From the NCBI GenBank assembly GCA_965203915.1, contig OZ241918.1, positions 268,613 to 332,612 of the forward strand: a stretch of DNA of 64,000 bases, in the 5' to 3' direction. The DNA is from Alphaproteobacteria bacterium. Lineage in GTDB: Bacteria; Pseudomonadota; Alphaproteobacteria; JASGCL01. Of this stretch, positions 19,941 through 29,007 are shown piece by piece. The notes beneath the pieces are model-generated. The model was not told the DNA's origin, made no database searches, and saw only the letters and a program-made list of their open reading frames with translations. The position numbers and the translations under genes were made by a program. Each line of letters starts with the position of its first letter. Within the stretch, counting starts at the first letter, position 1.

Positions 19941-20624
19941 ATGACGGGACAAAAACCACAAGCGGAAACAAAACCACAAGGGGAAGTGCAAACCAAGGCG
20001 CAAGGGGCGGGGGCGACCATCATCACCAGCTTGGATGGTTATCTTAGCTGGCTAAAGAAAATTCGTAGTGAAACCCCTTGGACAAAATCTGCATATCGTG
20101 GGGTGGGGTGGGGGGAAGACACCATAGAAAAATTTAAAAACCTGCCAAAATGTTTGTGGAATGGCAAGGGATATGAAGAAAAATATAACTTGCTACAGAT
20201 GCAAAAAGATTTGTTGGCGGAATTTCGTATGGCGGGTCATAGCAAAGACAAAAAACCTGATTTAGAATTATTGGCGGATATTCAACATGTCGAACCCCGC
20301 ACCTGCTTTATTGATTATAGCTTAAATCCCTTGGTGGCGTTGTATTTTGCCTGCCTTGATGATAAAACCAATGGCTTGGTGATAGCTAATGATATTGATG
20401 CAGAATATTTTCGTAATGTGACTATAGATGATATTGATAAAAAAATAGATGATTTTTTTATTGAGAAAGCAAAAGTAGCAGACAATATCGTGTCGCCAGA
20501 ATATCAAAGCAATAAAAAATATTCTTTAGTGAAAGCTTTGCCATGGGTTTGGCAATTACCCACCGCCGACCACCCACCACCCACGCATGATAGCGCAACA
20601 GGCGATAGTGTTGTTTGGTCATAA
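19941..20624 (+). CDS. FRG-domain protein (hypothetical).
   Basis: LADIQHVEPRTCFIDYSLNPLVALYFAC resembles the FRG-domain core (QHyGlPTrLLDwT...AlyFA). The ORF starts just after the repeat element. Confidence 0.5.
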   Translation: MTGQKPQAETKPQGEVQTKAQGAGATIITSLDGYLSWLKKIRSETPWTKSAYRGVGWGEDTIEKFKNLPKCLWNGKGYEEKYNLLQMQKDLLAEFRMAGHSKDKKPDLELLADIQHVEPRTCFIDYSLNPLVALYFACLDDKTNGLVIANDIDAEYFRNVTIDDIDKKIDDFFIEKAKVADNIVSPEYQSNKKYSLVKALPWVWQLPTADHPPPTHDSATGDSVVWS

Positions 20625-21639
20625 CATACCAGATTATGATGAATATTGTTTTATTAACCAAGATAAGAAAAAAGTAATAAGCAATCAATTGGAAGAATTA
20701 TTTGCTATCGATGGCAATAGGCTATTTCCTGATTTTGATGGTCGTGCTAAATATATTGTTGTTATCAAAGACGCCAAATATTATTTTAAACAGGCTAATA
20801 AATTTCTTGAACAAATGGCTTATGAAGAAGCCATCAAGGATTATGATAGGGCGATAGAATTGAACCCGCAATCTGCCAATATCTATAGCAATCGTGGCGT
20901 GGCAAAGAGAAACCTTGGTCATTATGAAGAAGCCATCAAGGATTATGACAAGGCGATAGAATTGAACCCGCAATCTACCGCTGTCTATGTTGTTAATCGT
21001 GGTGATGCGAAGGGCAAACTTGGTCGTCACAAAGAAGCCATCAAGGATTTTGAAGAAGCAATAAGAATAGACCCGCAATATGCCGACGCTTATATTAATC
21101 GTGGCGTGGCGAAGGGCAACCTTGGTCATCACGCAGAAGCCATCAAGGATTATGATGAGGCGATAGAATTAAACCCGCAATATGCCGAAGTCTATGTTAA
21201 TCGTGGCAATATGAAGGACGAACTTGGTAGTTATGACCAAGCCATCAAAGATTATGATAGGGCGATAGAAATAAATCCGCAATATGCCGAAGCCTATATT
21301 AATCGTGCCACTGTGAAGGGTAAACTTGGTCATTATGAAGAAGTCCTCAAAGACTTGGATAAGGCAATAGAAATAAACCCGCAAGATGCCGAAGCTCATT
21401 ATAATCGTGGCTTGGCGAAGGTTGGTCTTAAGCTATATGAAGAAGCCATCAAAGATTATGATAGGGCGATAGAATCGAACCCGCAATTTGCCATGGCCTA
21501 TAATAATCGTGGCTTGCTAAAACAGGATTTGGCGAAGCAGGAAAGGGCGAAGGGTAATGAAGAGCGGGCGCAGGAATTAGGAATATCCGCCGAAGAGGAT
21601 CTTAAAAAACATCGCGAATTGCTCAATGAGCAAAGATAA
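20587..21639 (+). CDS. Tetratricopeptide-repeat protein. About 8 TPR units are encoded by near-identical 102-bp tandem repeats.
   Basis: Repeated AIKDYDRAIELNPQYAEAYINRGVAKGNLGHYEE units; the nucleotide-level repeats are almost identical. Confidence 0.8.
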   Translation: MIAQQAIVLFGHNIPDYDEYCFINQDKKKVISNQLEELFAIDGNRLFPDFDGRAKYIVVIKDAKYYFKQANKFLEQMAYEEAIKDYDRAIELNPQSANIYSNRGVAKRNLGHYEEAIKDYDKAIELNPQSTAVYVVNRGDAKGKLGRHKEAIKDFEEAIRIDPQYADAYINRGVAKGNLGHHAEAIKDYDEAIELNPQYAEVYVNRGNMKDELGSYDQAIKDYDRAIEINPQYAEAYINRATVKGKLGHYEEVLKDLDKAIEINPQDAEAHYNRGLAKVGLKLYEEAIKDYDRAIESNPQFAMAYNNRGLLKQDLAKQERAKGNEERAQELGISAEEDLKKHRELLNEQR

Positions 21640-21659
21640 AAATGCACCGCTTGCAAAAA

Positions 21660-22165
21660 AAACAAAACCAACTTCCCTTGTGTACAAGGGAGGAAGAAAA
21701 TTAACGACACGAAGTGGAGTATAATTTTCAGGTAGGTTAGCGGGGGTTGGCGATGTAAAATATGGCAGGTGAATTTATCAAACGCGTGTTGGCTTACGGC
21801 AAAAATATGGTTGGGTTTGTTCCATTTTTTCTTTTTGCGGGCGGGGAAGGAAGCTAAGCATACTTCCCTTGTGTTACAAGGGAGGAAGAAAATTAACGAC
21901 ACGAAGTGGAGTATAATTTTCAGGTAGGTTAGCGGGGGTTGGCGATGTTAAATATGGCAGGTGAATTTATCAAACGGGGGTTGGCTTACGGCAAAAATAT
22001 GGTTGGGTTTGTTTCACCAAACGGTGTCTAACCTACCCGAAAAATATGGTCGGCTTTGCCTCCCTATTTTTCTCCCTCCCTTGTATCACAAGGGAGGCTG
22101 GCTAGCCCCTCCCTGTTTTTCTTCTTCCCTTATGTCGCAAGGGAGGCTTGACATAAATCCACTCC
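21660..22165. repeat. Non-coding repeat block: a 194-bp direct tandem duplication (about 21664-21857 and 21858-22050) plus four copies of the hairpin motif TCCCTTGTnnnACAAGGGAGG.
   Basis: cttcccttgtgtacaagggaggaagaaaattaacgacacgaagtggagtataattttcaggtaggttagcgggggttggcgatgt... occurs twice. The palindrome also recurs at about 22072 and about 22122. It lies between the convergent TPR gene and mfd. Confidence 0.85.
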
Positions 22166-22196
22166 ATCGGATCATAAATTGGCAAACCTGCTGGCT

Positions 22197-25100
22197 CTAG
22201 CAGAAAGCCTTAAGCAGGGTTTTGCTGGTGGCGACCATTTGGTCGCGGTTGCGGTTGGCGAAATGAAAAATAATTTTTTCGGTGGTGGTTTTGCCGTTTG
22301 TTTCTTTTATCATGCGTGCCTTTTTTTCTTTTAACAATGTTAACAATTTATCGGGGTTTTTGACTTGGTTGTTGTAAAACATGACGCTGGTGCTGTGGGG
22401 CGATATTTTCAATTCGGTCACCCCCGCGGCGTAACATAATTGTTTTAATTCAATCACCGCCAACAGGTTTTTTGTTTCGGGTGGTATAACGCCAAAACGG
22501 TCGGTCAATGATTCCTCGATATTTTTTAAATTTTTTTCATCCACCGATTCCGACAATTCTTTGTATAATGCCAACCGCACCATGTCGTCGGGAATATAAT
22601 CTTCGGGTATGGCAACCGCCAAGGGCAAAACAATATGCGGCGACCAATCACGCAAGATGTTTGTCCTATCGCTGACGCTACTTGAGGGCAAAATATTGGC
22701 CCTATCGCTAACGCTGCTTGCTAGGCTTCGCCTAGAACCAGACTTTACAGCTTCTAGGCTTGAGGGGACATTATCATTCGCCCCACCTTTTTCCCCTACC
22801 GCTTCGCTGCTCGAGGGCGCGCGGGTGATTTCCAAATCTTTGGCGGATAATTTGGCAATTTCTGCCATCACCATTTTTTGGTATAGTTCAATGCCGACCT
22901 CCCTCACATGGCCCGATTGTTCTTCGCCCAACAAATTGCCCGCCCCCCGCATATCCAGGTCGTGGCTGGCAAGCAAAAACCCCGCCCCCAAGTGGCTTAA
23001 ATCATCCAACAATTCTAATCTTTTTTTGGCATTTTTTGTTATGACTTTATCTTTGGGGTAAGTGATAAAACAATAACCCTGGCGGTTGCCACGCCCCACC
23101 CGCCCGCGTAATTGATACAATTGCGCCAACCCAAATTGGTCGCCGTGAAAAATAATCATGGTGTTGACATTGGGCAAATCCAAACCGCTTTCAATGATAT
23201 TGGTCGACAACAACCCATGATATTTCCCGTCGGCAAAATCGGTCATGGCTTGGTCAATATCCTCGCTCGGCATTTGGCCATGGGCCATGGTGATATTCAT
23301 ATCGGGAATAAGTTCGTGCAATGTTTTGTGAATGGTCGCCAATTGGTTAACCCGCGGTGCCACCAAAAAAATTTGCCCGCCGCGCGCCATTTCGTTGGCG
23401 ATAACCCGTTTCAAATCAAACGGGTTTAAATGCGCCACCATGGTTTTAATCGGCAACCGCCCAGGCGGCGGCGTGGCGATAAGCGACAGATCCTTGATAC
23501 CATGCAACGACAATTGCAAACTGCGCGGTATGGGGGTGGCACTCATCGATAACAAATGAACATTTTTTGCCAATTCGCGGGCGCGTTCTTTTTGTTTAAC
23601 GCCGAAGTGATGTTCCTCATCCACCACCACCAGTCCCAAATTTTTTGGCGCGATGGAACGGTGCAACAAACCATGGGTGCCGATAACAATATCAACCCCC
23701 CCCCGCGACAATTCTTCTTTGGTTTTTTTAATATCGCTGGTGGTAACAAAACGCGACATTTGTTTAATACGCACCGCAAAATTTTTAAAACGTTTCACAA
23801 AATGTTGATAATGTTGCCGCGCCAACAATGTCGTGGGAGTGATAACCAAAACCTGTTTGCCCGCCATCACCGCGCAAAAACTGGCGCGCAACGCAACCTC
23901 GGTCTTGCCAAAACCAACATCGCCGCAAATCAATCGGTCCATCGGGCGTTCCTGCGCCAAATCATTTTTGACGATATTGATGGCTTGCTCCTGGTCGCGC
24001 GTTTCGGGGTATGGAAACAATGACGCAAATTCTAAATAATCGCTGTCTTTGGGTATTAAAGATTCCGCCTTAATCGTTTGGCGCAAAGCGGCGTTGCGCG
24101 CCAACTTGGCCGCCAATTCTTTTATCCGCGCGCGGGTTTTGGCCACGCGGGCTTGCCAATCGGCCGAACCCAATTTATCCAATATATTATCCAACGGCGG
24201 CGCGGGGTCGGGCAAATCGCCGTAACGCTGTAACCTATCCAAATTTTCTATCGGCAAATATAATTTGTCGCCACCGCGATAACTTAACGACACGCAATCG
24301 TGAATTTGCCCGCCCGCGGTAATGGGTTTTAACCCCAAAAATTGTCCAATGCCATAATCCAAATGGGTAATCAAATCGCCTTTTTTTAAAGTGGTAATAT
24401 CCTTGATTAATTTTTCGATGGTCGATTTGCTGTTTTTGCCAGTAAGGGGCGGCGCCCATTGAAATTCCACCTGAAAAATATCGTGGTCGGTAATAATATC
24501 AATATTATTATTTTCGCCGCGCCAACTTTCGCCATGTTGCAATGGCAACACCGCCAGCAAAATTTTTTTTACGCCATCTTCTATTACCTCATCTATATTT
24601 TTTTTGTTTTCTGGGGTCGACCTATTGGCTTCCAAAACAATCACGGGCGGCAATGTATCATCGGTCAATAATTTTTGCCAACGGTGCAGGCTGGCGATGT
24701 TATGCGCGGCTATCAAAATACTATGCGGTGATTTTTTTATCATCGCCAACAATTTTTCTTGGAATGTTTCGTCGGGCGCGTCGGCGTTATTTTTTGCACC
24801 CAACACGGCGTTGTTCACCGCCCGTCGCGCCTGAACCACGTGGGTGGTAATAAATTCTTGCCAATTGGGCATGTTATTTTCTCCCATCGCTTCGCCGCTT
24901 GCTAGGCTTCGCCTAGAACCAGACTTTACAGCTTCTAGGCTTGGGGGCATGTTATTTCCCCCCATCGCTTCACTGCTTAAGGGTGCGGTATGGGACGAGG
25001 CAAGGCGACCAGCGGGCAGGGGAACGACGGGCATTGAGGTAGCGGATGTAAGATGGGCAGCCTCATTCATTTTTTCATGGATGCAAAAAAAATCTTTTAT

Positions 25101-26237
25101 TTTTTGTTGCCAGGATTCGACCGACAAAGAAGATTTTTCAGGCGGCAACGGCGGATAAATAAAATGGTTGGGATTTTTTTTATGTTCTTGTTTTTTAATG
25201 GCAAATTCTTCTTGTCGCTCCTCATAATCCTTTTGCTTGATGGCAAATTGTTGGCTTATTTCGGTGGCGGCGCGCCCGTGAAAAAAGAACAAAAAGTCGT
25301 CATGCAAATAATCAAAAAAATAACAACATGAATCAAAAAACAAAGGATAATAATATTGCAGATCGTTTTGGGTTAATACATTGTTAGAAAAAATTTCGCC
25401 AGGCAAAGACAAAGAAAATTCTTCGCGCATGTTGTTTAAAAATTTTTTCTGGCTTGCGGTATCAAGCGGTATTTCCGATATAGGCAAAATATTAACCACC
25501 TCTATTTTTTCCAAATTTTTTAACCGCCGTTGGTCCAGCGGCGAAAAATAATTTATCTGTTCTATTTTATCGCCAAAGAAATCTATCCGAATGGGCATGG
25601 CTTGCCCTTGGTTGGACGATAAATTCATGATGGGGAAAATATCAATAATCCCGCCGTGGCGCACCATGTCGCCGAATGTTCGAACCTCCGCCGTGGTTTC
25701 ATAACCCATTGTTATTAAATTTTTTAACAATGCTGCCATGTTGTAATCCTCACCCGTTTTTATTGACAATATTTTTTGTGCAAAAAAGGAAGGCGGCGCA
25801 ATAGGGGCCAGCAACGCAGCGTAGCAAGTGACAACCGCGAAGTTAGCGTGGTTTTGTTGTAATGCGAATAAAGTCAGGGCGCGTTCGCGGATAATATCGG
25901 GGTTGTCGTCAAACGGCAGGAAAGAAAAAATTGTTAGATGCGGGCGATGAAACAACAACCATTGTTTTTGCATCAACATTTCCTGTTGGTCGCGACAAAC
26001 AATGACCAATTTTTTTTTATTTGTTTCGTTGCTGGCCAAACGCGCCAACAACCCCGCCATGGCCAACGGTGGGGGAGATGCCCCGCCAAGCGTTTGATTA
26101 TGAGCGTCCCCAAATTCCTCCACCAACCCCGAAACCAAAGTAATGTCATGCGAATTATCTTTGCCAATTTTTTTTCTAAAATCTTGGAAATGCTGGTCGA
26201 TGATATTTTCAGCCGTGAAAAAAATATTGCGGGTCAT
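22197..26237 (-). CDS. mfd: Transcription-repair coupling factor Mfd (1346 aa), carrying two in-frame insertions of the palindromic repeat element.
   Basis: UvrB-homology N-terminus, RecG-like helicase motifs (GDVGFGKTEVALRA, DEEHHFGV, SATPIPRSL), TRG motif and a C-terminal TRCF domain. The inserts encode ...PSLEAVKSGSRRSLASGEAMG... and ...SSLEAVKSGSRRSLASSVSDR.... Confidence 0.92.
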   Translation of the reverse strand: MTRNIFFTAENIIDQHFQDFRKKIGKDNSHDITLVSGLVEEFGDAHNQTLGGASPPPLAMAGLLARLASNETNKKKLVIVCRDQQEMLMQKQWLLFHRPHLTIFSFLPFDDNPDIIRERALTLFALQQNHANFAVVTCYAALLAPIAPPSFFAQKILSIKTGEDYNMAALLKNLITMGYETTAEVRTFGDMVRHGGIIDIFPIMNLSSNQGQAMPIRIDFFGDKIEQINYFSPLDQRRLKNLEKIEVVNILPISEIPLDTASQKKFLNNMREEFSLSLPGEIFSNNVLTQNDLQYYYPLFFDSCCYFFDYLHDDFLFFFHGRAATEISQQFAIKQKDYEERQEEFAIKKQEHKKNPNHFIYPPLPPEKSSLSVESWQQKIKDFFCIHEKMNEAAHLTSATSMPVVPLPAGRLASSHTAPLSSEAMGGNNMPPSLEAVKSGSRRSLASGEAMGENNMPNWQEFITTHVVQARRAVNNAVLGAKNNADAPDETFQEKLLAMIKKSPHSILIAAHNIASLHRWQKLLTDDTLPPVIVLEANRSTPENKKNIDEVIEDGVKKILLAVLPLQHGESWRGENNNIDIITDHDIFQVEFQWAPPLTGKNSKSTIEKLIKDITTLKKGDLITHLDYGIGQFLGLKPITAGGQIHDCVSLSYRGGDKLYLPIENLDRLQRYGDLPDPAPPLDNILDKLGSADWQARVAKTRARIKELAAKLARNAALRQTIKAESLIPKDSDYLEFASLFPYPETRDQEQAINIVKNDLAQERPMDRLICGDVGFGKTEVALRASFCAVMAGKQVLVITPTTLLARQHYQHFVKRFKNFAVRIKQMSRFVTTSDIKKTKEELSRGGVDIVIGTHGLLHRSIAPKNLGLVVVDEEHHFGVKQKERARELAKNVHLLSMSATPIPRSLQLSLHGIKDLSLIATPPPGRLPIKTMVAHLNPFDLKRVIANEMARGGQIFLVAPRVNQLATIHKTLHELIPDMNITMAHGQMPSEDIDQAMTDFADGKYHGLLSTNIIESGLDLPNVNTMIIFHGDQFGLAQLYQLRGRVGRGNRQGYCFITYPKDKVITKNAKKRLELLDDLSHLGAGFLLASHDLDMRGAGNLLGEEQSGHVREVGIELYQKMVMAEIAKLSAKDLEITRAPSSSEAVGEKGGANDNVPSSLEAVKSGSRRSLASSVSDRANILPSSSVSDRTNILRDWSPHIVLPLAVAIPEDYIPDDMVRLALYKELSESVDEKNLKNIEESLTDRFGVIPPETKNLLAVIELKQLCYAAGVTELKISPHSTSVMFYNNQVKNPDKLLTLLKEKKARMIKETNGKTTTEKIIFHFANRNRDQMVATSKTLLKAFC
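22655..22810. repeat. Palindromic repeat element copy (module A x2 + module B) inserted in-frame in the mfd CDS.
   Basis: cctatcgctgacgctacttgagggc...ccctatcgctaacgctgcttgctaggcttcgcctagaaccagactttacagcttctaggcttgagggg. The plus-strand ORF 22609-23061 is the opposite-strand reading of this element. Confidence 0.85.
24885..24990. repeat. Second palindromic repeat element copy (module B + partial module A) in-frame in the mfd CDS.
   Basis: ccgcttgctaggcttcgcctagaaccagactttacagcttctaggcttggggg...atcgcttcactgcttaagggtgc. Confidence 0.85.
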
Positions 26238-26494
26238 GTTTTGTATCGATGAAGCATGTTGCGCAATGTTTGCTTGGTGGGGGCGGCGATAAAAAAATCC
26301 AGCAAATCTTCTTCATCTTGTTTTAAAAAATTAATAAGCATGTGCAATTGGTCTTCTTGCCAACCATCAAAATTGGTTTCAATCTCTTCCGCAAAAAAAT
26401 TGGTTAATTGCATGGTTAATTCCTTGGTGCCGCGTTGTTTACAGCGCCAAACAATTTCTGCAACCAATTGACCATGCAATGGGGAAGGGGTCAT
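26234..26494 (-). CDS. sdhE: SdhE-family FAD assembly factor (DUF339 / succinate dehydrogenase flavinylation factor).
   Basis: 86 aa; WRCKQRGTKELTMQL contains the conserved RG-x-x-E motif. Classic alphaproteobacterial synteny directly upstream of mfd (4-bp overlap). Confidence 0.7.
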   Translation of the reverse strand: MTPSPLHGQLVAEIVWRCKQRGTKELTMQLTNFFAEEIETNFDGWQEDQLHMLINFLKQDEEDLLDFFIAAPTKQTLRNMLHRYKT

Positions 26495-26558
26495 GACATA
26501 ATGCCAAATGGTTTTTTATGAATAAACATGCCAGCTAGTCATTTTTTCAAAATAAAAA

Positions 26559-26634
26559 TGGTAGGCCTGGCAGGAATCGAACCTGCGACCAAACCGTTAT
26601 GAGCGGTCCGCTCTGACCCCTGAGCTACAGGCCT
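26559..26634 (-). tRNA. tRNA-Met (anticodon CAT). Elongator-type acceptor stem; tRNA-Ile2 (lysidine) cannot be excluded.
   Basis: Reverse complement AGGCCTGTAGCTCAGGGGTCAGAGCGGACCGCTCATAACGGTTTGGTCGCAGGTTCGATTCCTGCCAGGCCTACCA: 7-bp acceptor, D-arm GCTC/GAGC, anticodon loop CTCATAA, GTTCGATTC T-loop, encoded CCA. Confidence 0.85.
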
Positions 26635-26694
26635 ATCAAGAAAATGATTAGAGCATGCCGCTTAAAAATTCAAGCGGCAATACGATTGAAAGGA

Positions 26695-27000
26695 TTATTT
26701 TATAATATAAAATATTTCATCGAATTCTATCGGGTCGAAAAGCCCCAGGTAACGCCGACCATCTGTTTTGCCGCTGGCTAAATAACAATTGCCTGGGGTT
26801 AACTGCACGCGTTTTACATTGATACGATTGCTCAAAACATTAATAAGGTCGCGCATCGATTGACGTTCGGACGCCTTGCCCTTGCATAGGTAGGATAACA
26901 TTTTGCCTTCTTGGCCAGCCTCCAACTGTTCGCGAGCGGACAGGTTATGCCCGAGGGTGAGGGAAAGGATAAGGGCGAGGCAAATAAAATATTTTTTCAT
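26695..27000 (-). CDS. Small secreted hypothetical protein (101 aa, signal peptide, 3 Cys).
   Basis: MKKYFICLALILSLTLGHNLSA signal-peptide-like N-terminus; good SD context; adjacent to tRNA-Met and the peptide array. Confidence 0.5.
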   Translation of the reverse strand: MKKYFICLALILSLTLGHNLSAREQLEAGQEGKMLSYLCKGKASERQSMRDLINVLSNRINVKRVQLTPGNCYLASGKTDGRRYLGLFDPIEFDEIFYIIK

Positions 27001-27244
27001 GGGTGATTAAGGTTAAGCTAGTCGATAGGTTTTTTTGAGTGGTAAGCCATGATAATGGCATGGGTAAATTGCCTTACGGCATATTGTCAAACCCTGTTAT
27101 TTATAATTTTTATATTATCAAAAATAGCCGCGCGAGTCAAAAGAAAAATCCCTGGCTGCGTAGGATGAAAGGTAATAAAAAAGGCACCTGTTTAAACAAC
27201 AGATGCCTACAAAAAATAAATTTTTTGTTAATGAAAAAAATGAA

Positions 27245-27421
27245 TTACATTTTCATCATTTTTTCGCATTTTTTCATCATTTTTTGGTCAGCGGCACTCA
27301 TGGATGCTTTATCCATTTTCATCATTTTGTCGCAATTTGCTTTGTTGACTTCGCCTTCGCTCGCCATAACAGCCGAGGTAAGAAGCAAGCCAGTGATCAT
27401 GGCGAAAGATAATTTTTTCAT
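27245..27421 (-). CDS. Small secreted Met/Lys-rich two-cysteine peptide, array copy 1 (58 aa: signal peptide + about 38-aa mature peptide).
   Basis: MKKLSFAMITGLLLTSAVMA|SEGEVNKANCDKMMKMDKASMSAADQKMMKKCEKMMKM; AAGGA SD 7 nt upstream; own hairpin terminator downstream. Confidence 0.65.
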   Translation of the reverse strand: MKKLSFAMITGLLLTSAVMASEGEVNKANCDKMMKMDKASMSAADQKMMKKCEKMMKM

Positions 27422-27630
27422 GATTGTTTCCTTTTCTATATATAAATTAGGATGTTGCGATAGGCGAAATTGCCAATCAATCCCCCTATAGGCTAATTTT
27501 AATTTTTTTGCAATATAATTTTGAATCGTTTGCTTGTTTTCCTATAGTATATTTTTGGTTCATAGTATTGGCGAATCTTGCGGTGGTTTGTTCGGGGCAA
27601 GGTTGGTCGGCGCGCCAAAAAATGGAGCAA

Positions 27631-27664
27631 TAAAAAAGGCATCTGTTTAGAAAAACAGATGCCT
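27631..27664 (-). terminator. Rho-independent terminator of peptide-gene copy 2 (perfect 12-bp stem aggcatctgttt/aaacagatgcct followed by a T-run on the minus strand).
   Basis: Identical copies at about 28088-28121 and 28545-28578. Variants at about 27176-27208 (copy 1), 28911-28947 and 29378-29413. Confidence 0.75.
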
Positions 27665-27701
27665 TCAAAAAATAAACTTTTTTGTTAATCAAAAAAACGA
27701 A

Positions 27702-27878
27702 TTACATTTTCATCATTTTTTCGCATTTTTTCATCATTTTTTGGTCAGCGGCACTCATGGATGCTTTATCCATTTTCATCATTTTGTCGCAATTTGCTTT
27801 GTTGACTTCGCCTTCGCTCGCCATAACAGCCGAGGTAAGAAGCAAGCCAGTGATCATGGCGAAAGATAATTTTTTCAT
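27702..27878 (-). CDS. Small secreted Met/Lys-rich two-cysteine peptide, array copy 2 (identical to copy 1; the 457-bp unit is repeated).
   Basis: Identical 457-bp unit (ORF-track duplicates 27682-27948 and 27943-28149 match copies 1 and 3). Confidence 0.65.
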   Translation of the reverse strand: MKKLSFAMITGLLLTSAVMASEGEVNKANCDKMMKMDKASMSAADQKMMKKCEKMMKM

Positions 27879-28158
27879 GATTGTTTCCTTTTCTATATAT
27901 AAATTAGGATGTTGCGATAGGCGAAATTGCCAATCAATCCCCCTATAGGCTAATTTTAATTTTTTTGCAATATAATTTTGAATCGTTTGCTTGTTTTCCT
28001 ATAGTATATTTTTGGTTCATAGTATTGGCGAATCTTGCGGTGGTTTGTTCGGGGCAAGGTTGGTCGGCGCGCCAAAAAATGGAGCAATAAAAAAGGCATC
28101 TGTTTAGAAAAACAGATGCCTTCAAAAAATAAACTTTTTTGTTAATCAAAAAAACGAA

Positions 28159-28335
28159 TTACATTTTCATCATTTTTTCGCATTTTTTCATCATTTTTTG
28201 GTCAGCGGCACTCATGGATGCTTTATCCATTTTCATCATTTTGTCGCAATTTGCTTTGTTGACTTCGCCTTCGCTCGCCATAACAGCCGAGGTAAGAAGC
28301 AAGCCAGTGATCATGGCGAAAGATAATTTTTTCAT
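28159..28335 (-). CDS. Small secreted Met/Lys-rich two-cysteine peptide, array copy 3 (identical).
   Basis: Identical 457-bp unit. Confidence 0.65.
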   Translation of the reverse strand: MKKLSFAMITGLLLTSAVMASEGEVNKANCDKMMKMDKASMSAADQKMMKKCEKMMKM

Positions 28336-28615
28336 GATTGTTTCCTTTTCTATATATAAATTAGGATGTTGCGATAGGCGAAATTGCCAATCAATCCCCC
28401 TATAGGCTAATTTTAATTTTTTTGCAATATAATTTTGAATCGTTTGCTTGTTTTCCTATAGTATATTTTTGGTTCATAGTATTGGCGAATCTTGCGGTGG
28501 TTTGTTCGGGGCAAGGTTGGTCGGCGCGCCAAAAAATGGAGCAATAAAAAAGGCATCTGTTTAGAAAAACAGATGCCTTCAAAAAATAAACTTTTTTGTT
28601 AATCAAAAAAACGAA

Positions 28616-28774
28616 TTACATTTTTTGGCATTTTGCCATTGTTTTTTGTTGCGCAGGAGTCAATGAGGCTTTGTCCATTTTCATCAACTTATCGCATTTG
28701 GCGTTCATGTTGCCAGCAGAAGCGCTAGCGGCAAGAACCAAAGCAATAGCGATCATGAGAGATATTTTTTTCAT
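28616..28774 (-). CDS. Small secreted two-cysteine peptide, diverged array copy 4 (52 aa).
   Basis: MKKISLMIAIALVLAASASA|GNMNAKCDKLMKMDKASLTPAQQKTMAKCQKM; own terminator hairpin at about 28911-28947 downstream of copy 5. Confidence 0.6.
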   Translation of the reverse strand: MKKISLMIAIALVLAASASAGNMNAKCDKLMKMDKASLTPAQQKTMAKCQKM

Positions 28775-29007
28775 GAGGTATACTCCTTAGTTTTGTTAAG
28801 ATTGTTACGACCGACGGGATTGCCAGGCGTAGGAATGATGTAAAGCAATTGTTGAGGCGTAGCAACTTGTATTATCGCTAACTTGCTACCAATTATAAAA
28901 AATGGCTAAATAAAAAAGACATCTGTTTTAATAAAAAACAGATGTCTTTAAAAATAAATTTTTTTTATTGTGCGGGCGTCAATAGTGTCTTACCCATTTG
29001 TGTCAGT

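Noticed and set aside
22609-23061. 150-aa plus-strand ORF (LSLTLLEGKILALSLTLLARLRLEPDFTASRLEG...) inside mfd.
   Set aside because: It is the opposite-strand reading of the palindromic repeat element plus Mfd antisense; the same applies to 24844-25158. Palindromic elements give open frames on both strands by construction.
27245-28580. Regularly spaced identical repeats with unique-looking intervening sequence; considered a CRISPR array.
   Set aside because: The period is 457 bp and the whole unit (gene + leader + terminator) is repeated; there is no 25-40-bp repeat/spacer alternation and no cas genes. It is a tandem gene array.
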